A DNA stretch of 20,561 nt, taken from the NCBI GenBank assembly GCA_040256005.1, contig JBDZWC010000045.1, positions 1 to 20,561 of the forward strand. Direction: 5' to 3'. The notes under the pieces are model-generated. The model ran no database searches, was not told the DNA's origin, and worked only from the letters and a program-made list of their open reading frames with translations. Of the stretch, positions 16,518-20,561 are shown piece by piece. The DNA is from Deinococcaceae bacterium. Its GTDB lineage: Bacteria > Deinococcota > Deinococci > Deinococcales > Trueperaceae. Made by a program: the position numbers and the translations under genes. Each line of letters starts with the position of its first letter. Position 1 is the first letter of the stretch.

Positions 16518-16566
16518 TGCTAACCTGCTCGCAACTCATGGTGTGAGCAGCGCAACTTGGCAACAA
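16518..16566 (+). promoter_or_regulatory. Extended -10 promoter (TGcTAACCT, 16518-16526) and candidate operator TTGGCAACAA (16557-16566)
   Basis: TG-n-TAACCT about 95 nt upstream of ATG 16621. The same hexamer and a near-identical 10-mer recur upstream of the second paralog. Confidence 0.5.
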
Positions 16567-16620
16567 GTGGCGCGAAGCGGCCGGAGCCCCTGGCTAGGCC
16601 GCGCGGGTGGGAGACCACGG

Positions 16621-18015
16621 ATGGCGGTAGACAGGCTGCGGTTCCTCTGCCCCAACGGGCACCTTGGCTTCGCGCCGCTCAAGGTCGAGAGCTTCGACCT
16701 AGGCGTCGCGACGCGCCCCGACTTCATCCTGGCGGACTCCGGCTCGGACGACATCGGGCCGGTGCCGCTGGGTTCGGACACGTCCACCGCCCCCAAGGAG
16801 TGGCAGCGTCACGACCTCGAGAAGATGCTGGTCGCCGCACGCAGGCTTGGCGTACCGATGATCATCGGCTCGGCGGGCGACACCGGGGCGAACAGCCGCG
16901 TGGACCTCTACGTGCAGATGATCCGCGACATCGCGCGCCAGCACGGCCTGGCGCCGTTCAGGCTGGCCTACTTCTACTCCGAGGTGTCGAAGGACCTGGT
17001 GCGTTCCAAGATGGCCGGCGGCGAGACGGTAGCCGGCCTCGACGGCCGCGGCGCGCTTACCGAGGACGACCTCGACGCGACGGACCGGATCGTCGCCGTG
17101 GCCGGGGTCCACCCGTACATGGAGCTGCTCGAGCGGGGCGCCGAGGTGATCATCGGAGGGCGCAGCTCCGACGCGGCGATCTTCGCGGCTCCCGCGATCC
17201 GGGCCGGGTTCCCGGAGCCGCTGTCGTACTACCTTGGCAAGGTCCTGGAGTGCGCCTCGTTCAACGCCGAGCCCTACGCCGGCAAGGAGACCGTCATCGG
17301 CGAGATCACGCGCGATGACGTCAAGGTCACGGCGATGAGCCCGTACCAACGCTGCACGCCGGCCTCGGTGGCCGGGCACGCCATGTACGAGCGCTCCAAC
17401 CCCTACTACGAGCACTTCGCCGGCGGCATGCTCGACATGAGCGACTGCAGCTACGAGCAGTACGACGAGAAGACGACGCGCGTCACGGGCCCGCGGTTCG
17501 TGCCGGCCGAGGAGCTGCGAGTGAAGCTCGAGGGTGCAGGCAAGGTGGGCGAGCGCTTCATGGGCTTCGCCGGGGTGCGGGACCCCTACACAATCGGTCG
17601 GATAGACGAGGTCATCGGCTGGGCCCGCAGGCAGGTGGAGGAACGCTTCGGCACGCCGGACGAGGGCGGCTACCAACTGCACTATCACGTCTACGGCCGG
17701 GACGGCGTCATGGGCGAGCTCGAGCCGCTGCGCCACAGGCCGGCGCACGAGCTCGGCATCCTCGTCTTCGGCATCGCGCCCACCGCGGAGATGGCGGAGG
17801 AGGTGACCCTCACCGGCACCCGCCAGATGTTCTACGCGCGCCTGCCGGACGTGAAGGGCACGGCCGGCGGGGTGGCGTTCCCCCTCGATGAGGTAGTGCG
17901 CGTGAGCCCCGCCTACCGCTGGACGCTCAACCACACCATCCGGGTGGACGACCCGCTGGAGCTGTTCGAGCTGCACACGACCGAGGTGGCCTCAGGCGCG
18001 GCGGTGGCGCGATGA
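16621..18015 (+). CDS. AtuA-like (DUF1446, acyclic terpene utilisation family) protein, copy 1
   Basis: Motifs DSGSDDIGP, GSAG, GRSSDAAIFAA, LGKVLECAS, CTPASVAGHAMYE, VKLEGAG, GVRDP and YRWTLNH. ATG 16621 has a GGGAG RBS. Confidence 0.85.
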   Translation: MAVDRLRFLCPNGHLGFAPLKVESFDLGVATRPDFILADSGSDDIGPVPLGSDTSTAPKEWQRHDLEKMLVAARRLGVPMIIGSAGDTGANSRVDLYVQMIRDIARQHGLAPFRLAYFYSEVSKDLVRSKMAGGETVAGLDGRGALTEDDLDATDRIVAVAGVHPYMELLERGAEVIIGGRSSDAAIFAAPAIRAGFPEPLSYYLGKVLECASFNAEPYAGKETVIGEITRDDVKVTAMSPYQRCTPASVAGHAMYERSNPYYEHFAGGMLDMSDCSYEQYDEKTTRVTGPRFVPAEELRVKLEGAGKVGERFMGFAGVRDPYTIGRIDEVIGWARRQVEERFGTPDEGGYQLHYHVYGRDGVMGELEPLRHRPAHELGILVFGIAPTAEMAEEVTLTGTRQMFYARLPDVKGTAGGVAFPLDEVVRVSPAYRWTLNHTIRVDDPLELFELHTTEVASGAAVAR

Positions 18016-18371
18016 GCGCGGACATGCCGGCACGCCCGCGCCGGCTGGCCGAGCTGGCGAAGACGATCCGCAGCAAGAACGCTGGGGTCGACCGCGTCAC
18101 GTTCGACGTGATCTTCGACGACGCCGCCAACTACGAGGACGTGAAACGGTCGGGTGTCCTCACACGAGAGACCGTCGCGGCGCTCTACGGCGTCCCCGAC
18201 TCTCGCATCACCGACTTCGTGACTTTCGATCCTGCACGCGCGATCAAGTTCACGATGCTGCGCTCGCGGCCCAGCGGCAGCCCTGGCGATCCGGACATCT
18301 TCGGTTGCCAGCAGTACGCACCGCTGCTCGACATCGAGGTCCTTCCACCGTCCCGCCGACAGGAGCGTTGA
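18012..18371 (+). CDS. DUF4387 family protein, copy 1
   Basis: Motifs IRSKNAG, TFDVIFDD, AIKFT and DIFGCQQYAPLLDI. ATGA-coupled to DUF1446 copy 1. Confidence 0.85.
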   Translation: MSADMPARPRRLAELAKTIRSKNAGVDRVTFDVIFDDAANYEDVKRSGVLTRETVAALYGVPDSRITDFVTFDPARAIKFTMLRSRPSGSPGDPDIFGCQQYAPLLDIEVLPPSRRQER

Positions 18372-18396
18372 CACCCGAGCGGCGGAGCCGTAACCT
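18368..18396 (+). promoter_or_regulatory. Sigma70-type promoter TTGACA-N17-TAACCT
   Basis: Consensus -35 at 18368-18373 (overlapping the TGA stop of DUF4387 copy 1), an exact 17-nt spacer, and -10 TAACCT at 18391-18396. Confidence 0.78.
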
Positions 18397-18444
18397 TTGC
18401 AACAAAGCATGTAAACGTACTCGTGCGGCAACACTGGTTGCCAA
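18396..18444. promoter_or_regulatory. Candidate operator cluster: TTTGCAACAA (18396-18405), inverted repeat GGCAAC-ACTG-GTTGCC (18427-18442), TGGTTGCCAA (18435-18444)
   Basis: Two 9/10 matches (one per strand) to the TTGGCAACAA at 16557-16566, located at and just after the predicted transcription start. Confidence 0.55.
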
Positions 18445-18497
18445 CACCGTCGGGCCAACCACGGCGCAAGCCGTGTCATAAGGCAAAGGAGTCGAGG

Positions 18498-19871
18498 GTG
18501 GAGGAGATGCGGATCCTGTCGGCAACGGGGGCGCTGGGCGCCACTCCGTTCGACGTGGAGTCCTTCCAGTTGGGTCTAGAACGCGACCCGCACATGGTCG
18601 GCGCGGACGCGGGCAGCAACGACGTGGGGCCCTATGGGCTGGGTGCGGACCGCTGTTACTTCCCACGCGAGTGGGTCAAACATGACCTGAGGCAGCTCCT
18701 CCTGGCCGCTCGGTCGCGGAAGATCCCCATGGCCGTCGGCACCGCGGGACACATGGGCACCGACAACGGCGTGGAGTACCACGCCGAGCTCATCCGCGAG
18801 ATCGCGGCCGAAGAGGGCCTCGAGCCGTTCCGCATGGCGAAGATCTACACGGAGCTCGACAAGGAGACGCTGCGGGCGAAGCACAGGGCGGGCCAGGTGT
18901 CCTCGCTGGACGACAGCCCGGAGCTCAGCGACGCCGCGATCGACGCAACCGACCACGTCGTTGCCGTGATCGGTGTTGAGCCGTACATCGAGGCGTACGG
19001 GCAGGGGGCTGAGGTCGTCATCGCGGGTCGGTCATGCGACGACGCCATCTTCGCTGCGTACCCCATCTACAAGGGCTTCGACAAGGCCCTCTCGATCCAC
19101 CTTGGCAAGGTGCTGGAGTGCGCGTCGGTGGCGGGGACGCCCTACATGGCACGTCACACGATGATGGGCACGATCAGGGACGACTCGATCCTCTTCGAGC
19201 CCATGAGCCCCAAGCAGATCTGCACGCCGGTGTCGGTGGCGGCGCACTCGATGTACGAGGAGTCGCATCCGCACTACCACCGCATCCCCGGCGGCATCGT
19301 GCATCTCGCCGACTGCACCTTCTGCCAGCACGACGCTCGGTCCGTTGAGGTGAAGGGCGCCCGCCTGGAGGAGGTGCCGTTGCGACTGAAGCTTGAGGGT
19401 GCGGGCTTCGTGGGCTACCGCTTCGTAGGCATCGTCGGCGTGCGGGACCCCCTGACCATCGCGAACTTGGGTCCCTTCATCGAGTACGCCCGGGCCCGGG
19501 TTCGCAAGAACCGACCGGACCTGGAGGAGGGCGTGGATTACCAGGTCCACGTCCATACCTACGGCGCCGGCACGATCATGGGCGAGCGCGAAGCCGAGCT
19601 GCCGATGCCGCCGGTCGAGGTCGGCATCGTCGTCGAAGCGACCGCCCGCGACGAGGCGGTGGCCCGTACCGTCTGCCGGATGTTCCGCAAGACCCTGATG
19701 GTGGCCGAGTATCCGGGCCAGAAGGCCACGACCGGCAAGGCCGCGGTGATGGCGGACGAGGAGCTCAAGGGCATGGACTCCTACCAGTGGACCGTCTACC
19801 ACACGATGGCGGTGGACTCGCCGCTGGACCACAGCCGCATCGTGCTCGAGACCGTGGGCGGGGCCGCCTGA
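18498..19871 (+). CDS. AtuA-like (DUF1446) protein, copy 2
   Basis: GTG 18498 lies 6 nt after AAGGAG. Motifs DAGSNDVGP, GTAG, GRSCDDAIFAA, HLGKVLECAS, CTPVSVAAHSMYE, LKLEGAG, GVRDP and YQWTVYH. Confidence 0.85.
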   Translation: MEEMRILSATGALGATPFDVESFQLGLERDPHMVGADAGSNDVGPYGLGADRCYFPREWVKHDLRQLLLAARSRKIPMAVGTAGHMGTDNGVEYHAELIREIAAEEGLEPFRMAKIYTELDKETLRAKHRAGQVSSLDDSPELSDAAIDATDHVVAVIGVEPYIEAYGQGAEVVIAGRSCDDAIFAAYPIYKGFDKALSIHLGKVLECASVAGTPYMARHTMMGTIRDDSILFEPMSPKQICTPVSVAAHSMYEESHPHYHRIPGGIVHLADCTFCQHDARSVEVKGARLEEVPLRLKLEGAGFVGYRFVGIVGVRDPLTIANLGPFIEYARARVRKNRPDLEEGVDYQVHVHTYGAGTIMGEREAELPMPPVEVGIVVEATARDEAVARTVCRMFRKTLMVAEYPGQKATTGKAAVMADEELKGMDSYQWTVYHTMAVDSPLDHSRIVLETVGGAA

Positions 19872-20185
19872 TGGCGCGCCTCGTAGACGTAGCCACGGCG
19901 ATTCGCAGCAAGAACGCCGGCCTGTTCCGCGTTACCTGCGACGTCATGTTCGACGACCCGGCCACCTACCGCGCGGTGAGGGACTCCGGTGTCATCACCG
20001 CCCAGCTGGTGTCCAAGCTGTACCGGATACCGGTGGAAGACGTCGTGTCGGTCGTAGCGCACGACCCGGGCCAGGGGATCAAGATCACGGTCAAGCGGCA
20101 GAGGGTCAGCGGCAACCCCGGCGACCCGGACATCCTGGGGTGCCAGCAGCACGCGCCCCTCTACGACATCGAGGTGCCGGTGTGA
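19871..20185 (+). CDS. DUF4387 family protein, copy 2
   Basis: TGATG-coupled to DUF1446 copy 2. Motifs IRSKNAG, TCDVMFDD, GIKIT and DILGCQQHAPLYDI. Confidence 0.85.
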   Translation: MARLVDVATAIRSKNAGLFRVTCDVMFDDPATYRAVRDSGVITAQLVSKLYRIPVEDVVSVVAHDPGQGIKITVKRQRVSGNPGDPDILGCQQHAPLYDIEVPV

Positions 20186-20561
20186 GCGACGCCTACCAGG
20201 ACCCGCGCTTCCCGCCCCGGGGCCCGTTCCCGTTCCTGCGCGTGCAAGGCACACCCCGCGAGATGGGTGTGCAGCATGGTCGAGGGTTCAAGGCGCAAGT
20301 GGACGTGAGCGTGTCCGTCTACAAGGACAAGTTCGCGGAGTCGGGCCTGGACTGGGACACCGTCATCGAGCTCACGCGCGAGATCGCCGACGACGTCGCA
20401 GGCTACGACCCAGCCCTCATGAGCGAGCTCGAGGGCATCGCCGAGGGCTCGGGACACGACGCGCTAACGATCGTGGCCATGAACTCGCGCTCGGAGATCC
20501 TCACGCAGGCTGGCAGGCGCCAGACCGCCGAAGAGACGCACGAGTGCACGTCGGCGGCCTG
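20182..20561 (+). CDS. C45 family Ntn-hydrolase (isopenicillin-N acyltransferase-like peptidase), 3'-truncated
   Basis: Absent from the ORF track because no stop falls in the window. GTGA-coupled start. Manual translation gives ...VQGTPREMGVQHGRG...SELEGIAEGSG...AMNSRSEI...THECTSAA, with the predicted autocleavage Cys122 at 20545-20547. Confidence 0.85.
   Translation, partial: MSDAYQDPRFPPRGPFPFLRVQGTPREMGVQHGRGFKAQVDVSVSVYKDKFAESGLDWDTVIELTREIADDVAGYDPALMSELEGIAEGSGHDALTIVAMNSRSEILTQAGRRQTAEETHECTSAA

Noticed and set aside
16411..16620. ORF-track extensions of the S8 protease (to 16566) and DUF1446 copy 1 (from 16501)
   Set aside because: They would overlap head-to-head across the divergent promoter. 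Better starts with RBS exist at 16410 and 16621.
16621..20185. Recent tandem duplication or assembly repeat of the DUF1446/DUF4387 pair
   Set aside because: The copies differ throughout at protein and DNA level, sharing only motif blocks, so they are old paralogs.
1..20561. CRISPR array, tRNA/rRNA, IS/transposase, integrase, toxin-antitoxin or anti-phage defence genes
   Set aside because: No spaced direct repeats, cloverleafs, terminal inverted repeats or matching protein motifs were seen. Intergenic gaps are all about 210 bp or less. The metallophosphoesterase sits in a transport/catabolic operon, not a defence context.

Overview
GC-rich bacterial DNA (roughly 70% by eye), densely coding and catabolic. 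A Sec-type (non-lipoprotein) ABC binding protein and a lipoprotein subtilase suggest a diderm host, possibly Deinococcota/Trueperaceae-like (inference only). There are four blocks. (1) 1-6760 (+): a sugar-utilisation run of a truncated possible glycosidase, a ROK kinase lacking the Cys-rich Zn motif, a secreted DUF5005/DUF4185-like beta-propeller, a long two-domain PMI-like cupin, an alpha/beta hydrolase and an FGGY kinase. (2) 6777-13230: a polyol-type SDR divergent from a UgpB-like ABC binding protein, two permeases (no ATPase), an RpiR regulator and a fused calcineurin-like metallophosphoesterase/HAD-IIA phosphatase. This is a candidate polyol-phosphodiester scavenging pathway. (3) 13244-16410 (-): a lipoprotein S8 protease with three Ig/PKD-like repeats, then an AhpD/CMD-like protein. 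(4) 16621-end (+): two diverged AtuA-like (DUF1446)+DUF4387 gene pairs in tandem. Each pair has its own TAACCT -10 promoter and a shared TTGGCAACAA-like motif, and they are followed by a truncated C45 Ntn-hydrolase that the ORF track misses. I saw no rRNA, tRNA, CRISPR array or mobile element. All family calls come from motif recognition, not database searches.
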